A stretch of 64,000 bases of DNA, from positions 1-64,000 of the forward strand of contig MU619332.1 of NCBI GenBank assembly GCA_025201805.1. Reading direction: 5' to 3'. The notes beneath the pieces are model-generated. The model was given only the letters and a program-made list of their open reading frames with translations, was not told where the DNA came from and ran no database searches. This document shows, in pieces, positions 27,650 through 41,477 of this stretch. This DNA comes from Parasitella parasitica NRRL 2501 (taxonomy: Eukaryota; Fungi; Mucoromycota). Position numbers and translations under genes: made by a program. Positions within the stretch are counted from its first letter, which is position 1. Each line of letters opens with the position of its first letter.

Positions 27650-28100
27650 CTTTAAATAGCCTCTATTGTCGTGGCCTCTAAAATTTTTCTGCAAACTTTT
27701 TCCAATTCTCTGCAATAACTTGAGCGAATAAACAATGATTGCACAGATAAAAGTGCGAGTACAATACTTGACCACGGCAATAGTAGCTTCGAATTATATT
27801 GGGTATTTTTATGATCCCACCTACAATGGACATTAAAGGTACAAAAACTTGACATTCTAAATAATTGAGGCGCTTATGTTGAGTCGAAATCAAACTAACT
27901 ATTACAACAATCCTTATGATTGTCAATATCCAACTATTACAAAACAACCTTAACTTCAAGGTTATACCGTACCAGCATAAAACCGGCAGTAGCAGCAGCA
28001 TATGTGATCTCCGACATTGATTTATCGCTAGACATGTTTCACGGATGCCAATTTGGATTTGTTTGATACAAATTCATCAATATCCTTAGAACTTCATAAT
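27650..28100 (-). pseudogene. Decayed coding relic, family uncertain
   Basis: Stop-interrupted protein-like frame YEVLRILMNLYQTNPNWHP*NMSSDKSMSEITYAAA; no intact ORF. Confidence 0.3.
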
Positions 28101-28519
28101 ACAACATACCTTATAAACCTAAGTAAGTTTGTAGAGAATTAAAATTCAAATATAATGGTGTGTAATTTAAATAAAAATTTTACCAAAAATCATGAGTAAT
28201 TTAAGATTAAAGGAAAACGTGTTTTTCGACTGAAACTCTACAACATGCATAATTATTACCTAAAATGGTGATTAGGTATTAAAGATGAAGCAAAATAGAA
28301 TGTTTTCACTTCATATATACCATAGTAAAAAGTTGTGTTTTTGTGGTCAAATTCGAGATGCTGTGATTTTCATCCATTTCGCCTTATGAACCTTCATGAA
28401 AAATCGTTGAAAATCAGTGATTTCTTTTTTACTTTTTTTTTTGGGTGGAAATGCATCAGATCAAAGCTGCTAATACTAGAAAGTCATTTGGTGCGGATTT
28501 AAGCATTTGAATCGGTCAG

Positions 28520-29055
28520 GAATGGCATAAATTTCATCCGAGTTGTGCAAAACAAGTCTGATAACAAAGTGTGTACTCCACATGCTGGTAAGATGTCTTC
28601 CTTCTTTTCAGTTCAATCAGCTTTTTGGAGCTGACTAGCAATCCACTGCCCTTTAGAAAACGCTCACCGGATGCCATCAACTTTATCAACAAACAAATTT
28701 TTTTATTAGGCCAGGTGGCCGACAAGAAAAGGTTTGATAGCAATGAGAAGAAGCACGGTTTTTGACCGCTGGTTTTATACAATTGGAATTCCCTCTTGAT
28801 GCAGTCTATTTCGTCAAGAAGCAGCACGAAACCGGTGATTGTTCGTAGTTGCTTTGTACAGTCTGCAGCGCAAGCTTTGATTGAAATCGACCCTGACATT
28901 TCCAAGACTTTATTTTGCAGTTCAATTATAGACGAGCGATATTTTAGGCGCTATAGACTATAAACTACACGATACGGTATGTACAGTAGTAGAGCCAATA
29001 ATGGCAGCACAACTGGAACACTGGTTTGACGTCCCGCAAGAGAAAACCTTGGTAT
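28520..29055 (+). pseudogene. Decayed spliced gene relic
   Basis: Recognisable intron gtaaga...gctgac...tttag (~28588-28656) between stop-interrupted protein-like frames. Confidence 0.3.
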
Positions 29056-29331
29056 GAACAACTAGTTTTGGATCCATTGTCGCATCTTTTCTCTCTATTT
29101 TTTTTAAAATTTTAATATCCATTAACACTGTTATTTATTTTGACCAGTATAAGCGTATAAAAAATGGAGTAAAATAATCCAAGTATTATTTTCCTCTTGT
29201 ACATAAATCAGACATTAAAAACTCAAAAGAACTCTATTCGTATACACAAAAGCACAAAAGAAGCGCACTTTTTCACCTTGCGAAAACTTATACGAACGAC
29301 ACAGACACGCACCGATACATACTCATCACAA

Positions 29332-32300
29332 ATGCAAACAAATATCGATTTCCAGCAACTTAAAGAGATTCAAGAGAACGAAATAGAGGCTTTGAAAGCT
29401 ATTTTCATGGAAGATTTCCAAGAGGTGGTAAACAAAACAGCCTGGAAGGTACATGGCATTGAAAAAGAAAACGCTTTCATTATTCCCGTACTCAAGCAAT
29501 TTTACAGGTATCTCATTCCGATCCAGAGTTCATCTTGCATCTTTACCCTCTCGGCGTGGAAGAAAGCGAGGCTTATACGACAGTAGACCTCAAAGTACGA
29601 TTTCCAAAGTCGTACCCAAACAAACCACCCGAACTTCATCTGCTCAACCCTCGTGGATTATCTAACACCGTCTTGCGTCATTTAGCGCATTCGCTCCAGC
29701 AGACTGCCCAGCAACTACTTGGCCAGGAAATGACGTATGATTTGACCGATCATGTACGTGCCTTTCTGGCTAATCATAATGCGCCACCTCCAGCTGTCCC
29801 AAAACTCACGCTGCACGAGCAAATGGTGATTCGCAATGAGCAAGACTTGAAGGTGGAGAGAGAGCGTGAATTGGAAGAGCTGGCACGAAAAAGACAAGAA
29901 CGAGAAGCAGAACTTCGAGTCCAGTCTGACATGATGAATGAAAAGATTCAGCAAGACATTGAGCGGAAAAGAGAGCATGCTCGAGTCGCTAGACAACATC
30001 GGCAGGAATTTGGGTTCTCGAATGGTGGTGAGGCCATTGTAGACGACGACTTTCATGCTCACTTTGACAGCTCGGATGCGCTAAACAACTTGGACAGCAG
30101 CGATATCAAAATGATCAATTTTGAGAATCTGATAACAGTAGCTATCGAAAAGGAAGAAAATGGAATTATACCAAAGAGAATCTGCTTCCATACGGTTGCA
30201 ATTGGACCTTGTGTTGGAAAAGGTGTTGTAGGCGAAACTTTCTCCGCACAACCGTTGAACTATAAATTGATAGGCGAAGGTGGTAACACAACAATGGATG
30301 TGGATAGTCTGGTCCTGCCAAGTCTTTTGGCTGTCAAACGAGTAGTCGTAACTGGATCATACTATACTACTCAAGCAGGAAAGAGAAAGCTGCAGGACGT
30401 CGAGAGAGAGCTGGATAGACTGCGTACAATACAGCACCCACACATACTCAATGTGTACGATGCTCGCTTAGATCGTAATCATATTGACCGAAATACCTGG
30501 ACTTTGCATATTTTGATGGAGTATGAACAGGGCGGTAGTTTGCATGATTTACTCAAAAAATGCGGTGGTGGTCTGCGATTGGCAATTGTTCGTAAATACA
30601 TGAAGCAGCTGTTATGGGCTTTGAATCATATCCACCTTAATGGATTCATCTGTAAAGGTATTGTGTAGAGGACTCCATCAATTTTTGGGGGTGGGGGTAC
30701 ATACTGATGTTCCAATAGATATTCGATCCAATAGTATCTTTTGTGGCAACAACCAATCTGTCAAATTGGCTGATGTTAGTTACAACAAGCGTTTGCATGG
30801 CAAGTAGTGTAATTTTCTTTGCTCGTTAAACATGTCATGTTGACTCGCTATGAATAGACTTGAATAAATCAAACTTTTTGATTGAGGCCGATGATGCGGA
30901 AACACCAAGGGCAGAGTCAACATCAGCATGGAGTTCACCTGAATTGAGGGAGCGGCCAGGCGTGTACGGCAGGAAAAACGATATTTGGTGTCTCGGTATT
31001 GTTTTTATAGAAATGCTGTGGGGCATTGACGTTACCAAGGAATTTGGAGATTTTGATGCCTTTCTGCGCACTGCTGGATCAGAATTACCAGCTATCGCCA
31101 ATGATTTTGCAAAGAGATTGTTAGAGCCTGATCCAAGAAAGAGGCCTACTGCTATTGACTTGATGAACGATGCGTTCTTTTCTGGAGATAACGAAGCCAT
31201 GATATCCGAACAAGCTGCACCTCCTGTATTCTCTGCCAATGTTGCTCCACATGTAAATTCCAGCAAACTCAACCATGCAGATCACAATATCGCTCCTCCT
31301 CCTCTCCCTCAACTGTTCGAGCCATCTGTGGCTCCCGATTTCAACAGATCCATCTATCCTCCCGACAACCATAACCGAATGGCGACAACCATAGCTGTAA
31401 ATACACAGCACCCCCACACACACGGCCAGAACTTTTCCTCTTCTGATGCTAACCCTGCACCAATCATCAGCACTTCTCGATACAGGACAGATTTTGAAGA
31501 AATCGAGTTTTTAGGAAAAGGTGGATTTGGCGAAGTGATCAAAGCTCGAAATCGATTAGACGGCCGACTGTACGCCATCAAAAAGATTCGTCTAGATCCT
31601 CGAGACAGCGAAGATCTGCGCAAGATTTTAAGAGAAGTGCACTCGTTATCCAGTCTTCACCATCAGTATGTCGTCCGATACTTTGCTACTTGGTTTGAAG
31701 ACGAGGACGGGGCCAGTTTCAAAGGCAGTGATGATGAGAGCTTATCTGATGAATCAGAATCAGAATACGACGATGAAGAAGACGGCGATGTCAGTGCTTA
31801 CAAGCAGCAGTTTCATGACTTCTTGTCTGTGGATAATCATAAATCCAAAAGCAAAAGCAAGAGTTATTCAGCCATTCAGTTTGACGATGATGGAGATGAA
31901 AGCAGCAGCGAAGAAGAAGACGAAGATAATTCCGAGCTGTACGAAGACGAAAGCACTACAGGCTATAATTCAGACAATTTTATCTCTTTTGCCCACAATG
32001 GAGAGACAGATGGAGACAGCACCAGCGATGCGACCGCAGATACAGTGTCAACAAAGAAGCAGCATCTCGTTCGTAAAGCATTCAACAACCTCAAAAAGAA
32101 ATCTGAAGAAAAGAGCACAGAGAGCCAAAAGAGAAATCATCAGCAGCGTACTCGAGTCTTGTATATTCAGATGGAATATTGCGAGAAGAAAACGCTCCGG
32201 GATGTCATTGACGAGGGTATTGATGAGCAGGAGGCATGGCGTTTGTTCCGTCAGATTCTTGAAGGGCTGGTTCACATCCATTCGCAAGGCATGATCCATC

Positions 32301-35137
32301 GAGATTTGAAGCCTGCAAACATTTTCTTGGATTCCAATAACGATGTCAAGATTGGGGATTTTGGTTTAGCTACGACAAACCAAACTTTGGTGGACGGCGC
32401 TTTGTTTGCCAAGAATGCTAGCCATCGTATGACGGACAAATTCAGCGCGAATTCATCTGTTTTTGCGGCTGGTGCTGCTGAGAGCGCAAATGCTAGCTAT
32501 ACGGGATATTCTGTGTCGAGTGCTCATGTGGGTGCGGATGAAAGCATGACAACTGGTGTAGGCACAACATTCTATGTCTCCCCTGAGGTGATGCCTGATC
32601 CAGCCACTGGTGCTACATCCGGCATGCGATACAATCAGAAAGTTGATATGTTCTCGCTTGGTATCATCTTTTTCGAAATGTGCTATGGTCTTTCTACGGG
32701 TATGCAGCGAGTGATTGTGCTAAATGAGTTGCGAAGTGGCAAGTTTCCCGAAGATTTTCCATCAAACTATGTGAACCAAAAGAAGATCATCAAGATATTG
32801 CTATCTATTCAACCCAAGGACCGACCCAACAGTTTCGAACTCTTACGTAGTGACTTATTGCCACCCAAGCTGGAAGATGAATATATCAAAGAATGCGTGC
32901 GCACTATTGCTAACCCAAACACGCCGTATTACGACAAGCTGATGTCTGCCATGTTTTCTCAGTCAGCTGATCGACACAAGGATTTTACGTACGATTATCA
33001 GACTAGCGCTGAAAATTCATTTGACCCCTTTAGCCATATCTTTTTTGATTGCATTCGTGAGCAAATGGCCAAAGTATTCAGACGTCATGGTGCTATTGAT
33101 GTCTCTGCTCCTCTGCTAATACCCAAGAATGATTTGTACGAATGGAATTGGAAAAACCCAGTGTATTTGATGGATTCTCAGGGTGCACTGAACCAACTGC
33201 CATACGACCAGACTGTGCCATTTGCAAGATACATTGCTCGGCAAAAAGGATTTCCAGAGCTGAAGCGCTTCACGTTTGACAAGGTGTATCGAGAAAACCA
33301 GAGTGGCGGTCAGCCTGAAGCTGTATTGGAAGCTGATTTCGATATTGTTCATAAAGAAACAGCACCTATGGTTCCTGATGCAGAGGTGCTTAAAGTGGTT
33401 GAAGAGGTGTTGGAGGAATTGCCTCCGTACAAGAATGGCGGTTTCTATTTCATGGTTAATCACACGGGCATTACAGATATCATTCTTGATAGTTGTCGAG
33501 TTCCACCAGACATTCGGAAGGGAGTCTTGGTTGCTTTGTCTAGCTTAGGACGTGCTCCATCATTTGCTGCTGTGCGCAATATTCTTAAGCTGAAATACCA
33601 TCTGCAACGTAGCGTACTTGATGAATTATCCATGTTCAATGTGCATGGCGAATTGGAAAACACTGTCAAGAAAATTGAAGGCCTATTATCCAATGCCCAC
33701 AAGACTAAATTTAGAGATTGTATTAGTGACCTACGCACTTTGATGATCGTGAGCAAACATATTGGCATCCACCACAGGATTGTCTTTCACCCGCTTTTAG
33801 TGTAAGTTGGATATACAAATACACTTAAAGTGTGTTGCGGAAAATTAATCCCGATTAATATTCTAGATACAACAACCATTTTTATAAGAATGGTATGGTG
33901 TTTGAGACAGTGGCAGACACAATTGATTCGAAACGTAAGGATGTGCTCGCTGTAGGTGGAAGGTACTGTATTCAATGCGTCACTCATCACACAAAAGCAA
34001 TGCTGATTGTGTTATAGATACGATTTCCTGGTCCAACATTTCGCACATCCTAATGCCACCGCTAATCGAAAATTGCGAGCTGTTGGCGTAAATATTGCAG
34101 TTCAAAAACTCATTCGGCATCTGGATATGCACCAGTCAGAGCAAGTAAAATACCTCATGAAGGCCAAGAATGAAAAGATGAGAAGTTTCGGTCTGTGGGC
34201 TCCCAAAAAGTGTGATGTCTACGTTGCTAGCTTTGGTAAGGTCTTGATCCAGGAACGTCTGGAAATAGTTCAGGAACTTTGGAACCATGGTATCCGTGCA
34301 GAGTTCCAGTATAATGATGGTGATTACTTGACCCCTGAAGATTTGGTGTCTTTGTGTAAGAAAGCAAGTATCAATTGGATTGTTATTGTGAAGCACAAGA
34401 ACACAGAAAGTAAATCACCTTCTGTATCCGATTCTACAACAGTCAAGGTCAAGGATGTTTTACGACGGACGGAGACAGAAGTGAGCAAGTCAGATCTTTG
34501 TATTTGGTTAACTACTGAAATCAACGAGCAAATTAGAGTTGATTCGGTAGCAAGAATAAAGAACAAACATGACTTGAAGTCAAAGGATACATCAGATTCA
34601 GGTATAGTTGATGTATACTGTGAGATACAGTCTATATACTAATATCAATTTAGTGCGAAATGATCCCTTCTCTCATGATCTGTCTAAAGGCGATGGATTA
34701 GATCAAAAGAAAACAGCTTTTGATGTGAATATTGTATTCAATGAGGGGCGTGGCAAAGAGCGAACAAAAATGAAGCACAAACATAAGACTGTGCTTATTG
34801 ATAAAGGTATGTAAAACAAATACAAAATCTGATTTATAACATGGTCCTCATACGCTGAACAGCTATTCATCGTCTTACTCCCATCATGGATGATTTGAAA
34901 AAGGACGTCCAAGTAATTGCATTTGATTTACCAAAGGAAATTGTTAAGCACATGGTAGAACTCTGCTTTTGGCAGGACGATGGATACAAGAAACTCTTAG
35001 ATCATGCTGGTATTGGTCAGAGAGATACCCTTAATAGAGTGAGACATGCAATTCAAAAGCATATTGATGCAAAGCATAAATGTGTGTGGCTTTATTCTCA
35101 CAAAGATGATTTTGCCTTGTTGTGTGTATTGCCTTGA
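29332..35137 (+). CDS. GCN2: eIF2-alpha kinase Gcn2 (RWD, pseudokinase, kinase, HisRS-like, C-terminal domain)
   Basis: [12 protein letters not shown] and YPNKPP (RWD); [51 protein letters not shown]; [22 protein letters not shown] (HisRS-like); about 8 exons. Confidence 0.97.
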
Positions 35138-35445
35138 AATAAATTATTACTACAAGCCAGAGCGCTTGTTCCTATATTTTATACAAGTGAAATGACATAC
35201 TATATCCATAGCAAGTCGTAAATAATGAAGAAAAAATATATATACAGTATATCCAGATGCATGAGTATAAATAAAAATTTAAGAAAAGGAGATGGGCTGG
35301 TTGTGTAATTCTTGATTCACACATAAGGCAATATATAAAGCAAAACGCACGCTGATGGGTCTTTCTCTTATGTGAATTCAAGTTTTTATTATAATTAAGT
35401 TGGAACAATATCAACAATGAGTTTATTTACTCTCAAGTTGTAAAT

Positions 35446-35448
<3 letters not shown>

Positions 35449-35477
<29 letters not shown>
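35449..35477. repeat. (ATGT)n microsatellite
   Basis: About 7 copies immediately after the SDR stop codon. Confidence 0.9.
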
Positions 35478-36449
35478 TTAAATCTTTTCTAAAATCATCT
35501 TCTCAGTTACATCCCAAAGCCGCTTCGCCATTTCTTGATTATTTCCTTGTTCATTCAAAAGGTCTGTGTTGACGGCGTTGTTACTGTAAAATTCGCCCTT
35601 TATCACATCAGGAGATACCGCACAATACACATTGGTAGAGGCTCCAACGTCAACTTGTTTTCTAAACTTTCTTTCATTTAAAGCGACCTTGTATTTCCTC
35701 ATATTCCAAAACATATCCACGATGGTGGACAAACTTGCATGCCGGCTCATCAGATTAGTGGCCACACTTCCAGGATGAAGACTAGTTACGGTAATATCCA
35801 CATTTTCAGCATCAAATCGACGTTGAAGTTCTTTAGCGTGCAAAATATTGGCCAGCTTAGATTGCCCGTAATGATAATAAGGGCTATAGAACTTTTCTCC
35901 ATTCAAATTATCGAAATCCAAGCCTTTGGCGCTTAAAAATATGCTGTTTCCAGATGAACTGACATTGACAATACGAGAAGGTGCACTCTCTTTTAGTCTT
36001 TCAGTCAAAAGTGATGTGAGGTAAAAGTGGCCAACGTAATTGACTCCAAATTGTGTCTCAAATCCATCTTTTGTGGTTGACTGAGCACATCCCATAATAC
36101 CAGCGTTATTGATGAGAACATGAAGCGGTATTTTCAGATCAAGGAAGGCATTTGTGAACAGTTTTATAGACGAGAGATCAGATAAATCAAGCTCCATCGG
36201 CACCAGATCAGCATTGGGTACGGTTTCTTGGATGTATGCAATGGCTTCTTGAGATTTCTGTAGTGTTCTGCAAGGAATAATAACTTTGGCACCAGCAGAA
36301 GAAATTACACGAGCAGTTTCTTGGCCTACTCCAGAATTGGCACCTGTAACAATAACAACTTTGCCTGTCAAGTCTGTCTTGTAGAATTGGAGGATACCTG
36401 CGGCTGTAGTGTCCCATTCGATTGAAGCAGTTGCGATTGTAGTAGTCAT
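35478..36449 (-). CDS. Short-chain dehydrogenase/reductase (retinol dehydrogenase/WWOX-like)
   Basis: TGANSGVG, LINNAG, FGVNYVGHF, RIVNVSS, YGQSKLAN, LHPG; intronless. Confidence 0.93.
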   Translation of the reverse strand: MTTTIATASIEWDTTAAGILQFYKTDLTGKVVIVTGANSGVGQETARVISSAGAKVIIPCRTLQKSQEAIAYIQETVPNADLVPMELDLSDLSSIKLFTNAFLDLKIPLHVLINNAGIMGCAQSTTKDGFETQFGVNYVGHFYLTSLLTERLKESAPSRIVNVSSSGNSIFLSAKGLDFDNLNGEKFYSPYYHYGQSKLANILHAKELQRRFDAENVDITVTSLHPGSVATNLMSRHASLSTIVDMFWNMRKYKVALNERKFRKQVDVGASTNVYCAVSPDVIKGEFYSNNAVNTDLLNEQGNNQEMAKRLWDVTEKMILEKI

Positions 36450-38595
36450 GTTTTCTTGTTTAATTCTCAAGAGCTTATTTGAGTGAATCGATTCATATTT
36501 ATATCAGTTTCAAAAATCTGATCTTTTTGACCGATGACGAATTCAGACCCTTAATAAGGTATCAAACCTATATTTGTCATTGTTGATAGAGGCTCAGGAA
36601 AGGGGTACGTAACATATTTCCTATTCAGCACATATTCACCATATCAAAAGATATCTCATACGCCTCAGCTCACGAAAATTCCTTGATATATCTGGGTCAT
36701 GTATTACCCATTATTCCTTGGCTGCACACCCATAGCTCTACTTAGCCTTCATCTGAAGGCATTTTTTTTTTTTTTTTTTTTACTTTTCTCAGTGTAAAAT
36801 ACTACGTAAAACTCAATTTAAAATCAAAACTGCTTTTGAACTTTTTTAATAACACAGGTATAACGCATTGGATTCATTGTAACGGTTTGTTCAGGAACAC
36901 TCAGATAAAATAATTGCAAAAAAGAGAAGGTGAGCTCTACTTTGTTGAATTTAACCTCGATCGCCAAAAATAAGTTGATTAGTAACAATTATGATGTCTT
37001 GTTTTAGCAAATTTTTGAGAGGTATTTATTTGTTGGCAAAATTACCCATCATAATTTGAACAGATGTCAAAATCATAAAGTTAATCAGATGTAAAAACCT
37101 ACAGCTTTCGGAAACAAAGATAATAATAACGCTGATCAATGAAGATAAGAATCGTCGCACTAGCAGGTTAATTGCCAATTATTTGCAATTGTCAGGCTAT
37201 GCAGCAATATTTCACGGACAAAGAAGAATTATTTTACGCTTAATAAAACGTGTGCCTTAATATACCGATACAGCGGCGGTACATAATTTGGTTAATTCAA
37301 AAAAGAATAAACTTATTAAATGAAGACATTATGTGTAAAAATGAAAATTATAGGTATACATGCCCGGATTGATTTCATATTAATAATCATGGAAAAAAAA
37401 AAAAGTTTTTGCCACTATACACTTTTTAGTAGGCACATCGCCCAGTGGAAACCAAGTTGTGCTCAGATAGTGATGATCACGCATATTTTCATGGCGCACA
37501 AGACAAGGTTTATTTTGCTCTTTATCGAAGCTATCAGCGATTATATACAATTTTCATGTGGTTTCTGTACTGTTATTATAGATATCGATGTCTTTATTGG
37601 TGAAATTATTTTTATTAGAAAGCGCTGAGCTTTTTCCATGTTTTCCAGATTATTAGATCTATTCGTTTTAGCAGAGGTTATGACCAAAATGTTCGTTAAT
37701 AATGAAAACAAAAGAAATTTCACAACATTATGAATTTATAAATATTTATCTGAACTTGCTTTTTAACAATGAAGAGATCCGTAATAAAAGTTAAACATGT
37801 ATATGTATATATATTACATGAATATAAAATTTTCTGTAGCAATGGGGGATAGTATGCTCTGCATCACGTTTTTAGTAACTTTCGAACAATTACGAGAATT
37901 TCTCCTAAATTTTAAGGTTTTGTAGAAAATTGTGATTTCCAGTGTATTCATCATCGATTCTTAATATACTTGAGAACAAAGGAAGCTATAATAGTTGTAC
38001 CTACAATAAAAAAATTTCATGGTAATATATCCATTTCTGCCCGCAATTTGTATTGAAGTTCAGTGTACTATAAGATTTCAAATATGCAGTAATCGTGAGT
38101 TTTTCTCTAGTTTTCGCTATGGGGTTTTGCTTGTAGGTAATGGTTGGAATGTATTTGCTGCTATTTATTAATAGTATACTGTAAATAAATTAAGATCAGG
38201 ATCATATTGATGGTGTCTCTGCTGCATAGTTCATCTACTAGTACCAGATAGATCTAATTGAATGAATGGCATACATATGGAACTAATATCTGGTGATTAT
38301 CTGTGTGTTCAATTTAAAATGCACTTGTATCTAGTTGCAAAGCAAAGCGTCTTTGCGGCAACATGCAATTTTATGCCGGAGTATCACAACAAGATGCCCA
38401 GGTGTTCAAACTCTGTCATTACAGGAAAAAGTTACTGAAACGATGCGTTTATTTTAATATGTATGTTTTTTAATGAGTTTGGTGTCATATATATATATAT
38501 ATATGTATGTATGCATGTATATAACGTTCAATAAAGAGTTGATGAATGGAATAACAATCTAAAGAACGATATGAATGACTTCAACAGGAATTTGC

Positions 38596-39132
38596 TCAGA
38601 TCTTTTGGGTCTTTTGGAGTGTTTTTTTGGCATGACGTTTACGATGTCTTTTCCCAACATGAGTATCATACTGAACAACATCGTCTTCTTCTTCATCGTC
38701 ATCTGAAGGCTCGTCATCTGCAGTAGATGCCTCTTCAATTTGTACTTTTGTATCAAAGGTATCCTCGTCCATATAAGCTTCTTGTTCTTTATCATCCAAA
38801 ATCTCGATAACCGAAGTGTTTAGCAGGCTGGGAAACCAATGGTATTCAATATCAGACTCGGATTCCGTCTCTGAGCCTTCATCCTGAGAGTCCATCAAAG
38901 AATAAAAGTCATATCTGGTAAGAGAATCATCGTCTGAGATTTCATAGTTTTGAGTTGACTCCAATGCTAATCCATTAAGCTCGTTTTCAGATATTTCACG
39001 GACTACGACTGAAGAAGAAGTGCCATTTTCTGAGGATGATGTAGTGGTTCTTGTGGTCGATATTGTATGCGTTTGGCCTCCTGAAGTTTTAGTAGTAGTT
39101 GTTCGCGAAAAGGATTGAAAGTGATAGCTCAT
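38596..39132 (-). CDS. Hypothetical low-complexity protein (Thr/Ser-rich, acidic, basic tail)
   Basis: 178-aa ATG-initiated ORF with good start context (aaaATG) and protein-like composition. Confidence 0.7.
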   Translation of the reverse strand: MSYHFQSFSRTTTTKTSGGQTHTISTTRTTTSSSENGTSSSVVVREISENELNGLALESTQNYEISDDDSLTRYDFYSLMDSQDEGSETESESDIEYHWFPSLLNTSVIEILDDKEQEAYMDEDTFDTKVQIEEASTADDEPSDDDEEEDDVVQYDTHVGKRHRKRHAKKTLQKTQKI

Positions 39133-39290
39133 TTTGTATTGTTCAAAAGGAAGAAAGGAATATCATAAAGCATGGGACTAAAACTTGAAGGGTTTTGAGC
39201 AATAATGCTAGACATGTATGAAGCACCAATCTCCGCGTCAAATATTGTGTTTCGTTCTTTACGTCACATGAACATGCAAGACATGATGGT

Positions 39291-40267
39291 TTATTTCACA
39301 TTTGATCGACTATGTAGCAGCTGTTGGCAGTGCTTTTCTACTGTGAATTTAGCTTTATCGTTAGGAAATCCGATAGATTTAGCGCTAAAGAGTATTGTCA
39401 TCAGCAGATATCAAGTACAACAAGATGTCAGACTTACAAATAAAAGATATCCGCAGGACTACGGATCTCGGATACTATTTGTGCCTCGCTTGAAATGATT
39501 ACATGTTGACCTTGAGTATATTCGAACAGCTGTTTTGCCAATTGCTCAGTATATGTTCTAGCTTGATTATCTAAGCAATGGCTCAGCAACAGTCTAAAGA
39601 ATGAGGTAATATGCCAAAATATTTACCTCGAATAGCAGGAGCATAACATATCTCAAAATAAATATTTTTTTGTAATGCGTTCTTGATATCGACAGAGTTT
39701 AATTCAAATGACAAACGCTCGTCAACATGGAGAGATATAATGTCGATTTGATCTGACTGACAAGCTGCATGAAACTCATCGTAATCGTTTGTTCGAAGGG
39801 CAATTAAATCAAATTGTTCTCTCAAATCAGCAATTTGTTTCTATAGATACAGATTCGAATGTCAGTGGGGTAACCACGGCAACCTGCAATCAAAAGTTAT
39901 CGTCTTACGGGATCTATTGTTTCAATGGTAGCCCGTTTGTAACATGTCAAGGGATGCTTTGAATTCAATATGGAAGGATCAAATATACTTTCGTCGATTG
40001 GCTTTGGTATCTTGATTAGTGATATAAGGGTTAATACTGCAGCATTTCCTTTTCCAATGATAAGCCGCTCGGCCTTACTTTTGATTCTATTGTGTAGTTT
40101 AGAGCGACTGTAGCTTCATTTACTAGCAAATGCAGTTGTTAGTTTGATTTTTTCTTTCAGCTACGGGGTTAGTTACATTGTGCCAGGCGTGATAGTATTA
40201 GCTTTAATTTGTCAATGGTTGAAGGGTCAGTTTGTCCTGAGCATGGTATATTAAGGTCGCAATGCAT
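39291..40267 (-). CDS. RPP1: RNase P/MRP subunit p30 (Rpp1)
   Basis: 6 exons; MHCDLNIP, FDLIALR, IDIISL, IYFEICYAPAIRD, VIISSEA..EIRSPADI. Confidence 0.88.
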
Positions 40268-41477
40268 TTTTATTGATGGCAATAAAAAACATGCAATTAG
40301 AAAGATTTTTCCTACATTTTGTTAGTTTATGTGGCTTGCTAAGCCATTTAAACTTTTTTGATACCCCTTTGCCAAAGATGCATTATTCCCAAAATGAATC
40401 ATATCTAAATCATGGAATTTGGCTCCTCTTTGATATTGCTGATATTGATGCTATTGTTGCTGTTGTCAATGGCTTGAATATTTCATGAATTTGAATCCTA
40501 TAAAAGAGGGAGATATTTGTACATGAGCACAAAAATGGCGTTAACAAACTGTGCCCATCGAAATGTACTGTGAAACTATTTGTGTAATGAATCATATATG
40601 ATGAGTGGATGTATCTACATAGTAGGTATTTTTTCCTTTTTTATGTTTATATACATATAGAGACATCTTATCATATACCACTTTATCTATATTTCGGATT
40701 ACCTATTATGCCGTATAATCTGTTTTTTTTTTTTTGAATACTTGTTGATTCAATAAATTTCTGTCCAACCATCTGAATGTCACAGAGTTATACGATCCCA
40801 AAAATGGCGTTGCACTGAGCTGAAATGCTTTACATGGTGATACTGTATGTAAATTTGGTAAATCTGGGCCAAAAAAAAATTTTTTTGAGGAGCTGAACCT
40901 GTGCCAAACAGGGCGCTGAGGTAACTAAAAATCAAGGAGAAGATCATTGTATTGATAAAGCATAATCCGTCAATGGTAAGAATAACAAGACCCAAGGGGG
41001 TATGATTTGCAAGGGTGATGCAACTAGATGGTTCTGTTGCAAAAGCTATCCTTGTTTTCAGTTTTGAACAGAAAGCTGGACAAATGTAAAGAATGCGTGT
41101 GTTTTACTAAACTGCACAAACAAATACATGTTTGTGTTATGTGAAAATCATCGATATTTGAAAGGAGTTGTCTAAATGCATGCACGTATGAGGAGAATCA
41201 TACACCACTATGACACATGTAACAGCGAGGCGTAAATGTTAGTTTAAGCATACTTGTATAGACGGTTATAGCCTATTGCATGTTTTGCCAGGCGGTGTGC
41301 CTACATGCATGTATACATTGCATTGTATTTTAGGGATATATGAATAAAAAAGATAATCCAAATTTTGTTTTATTAAGGATGAAAATAGGTTAAAATAGTA
41401 GAGAAATTAAAAAAGAAAAGTATTAAATGAGAACTGGTATGATTGAAAGGGAGGGTCATTGAGGCATTGCTTCAAAC

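Noticed and set aside
29715-34912. Antisense and shifted ORFs over GCN2 (and similar ones over other genes)
   Set aside because: Shadow frames of real coding sequence.
38310-38380. KCTC...H pattern resembling a MULE SWIM finger
   Set aside because: Contains a stop, second Cys only via frameshift; too short to support.
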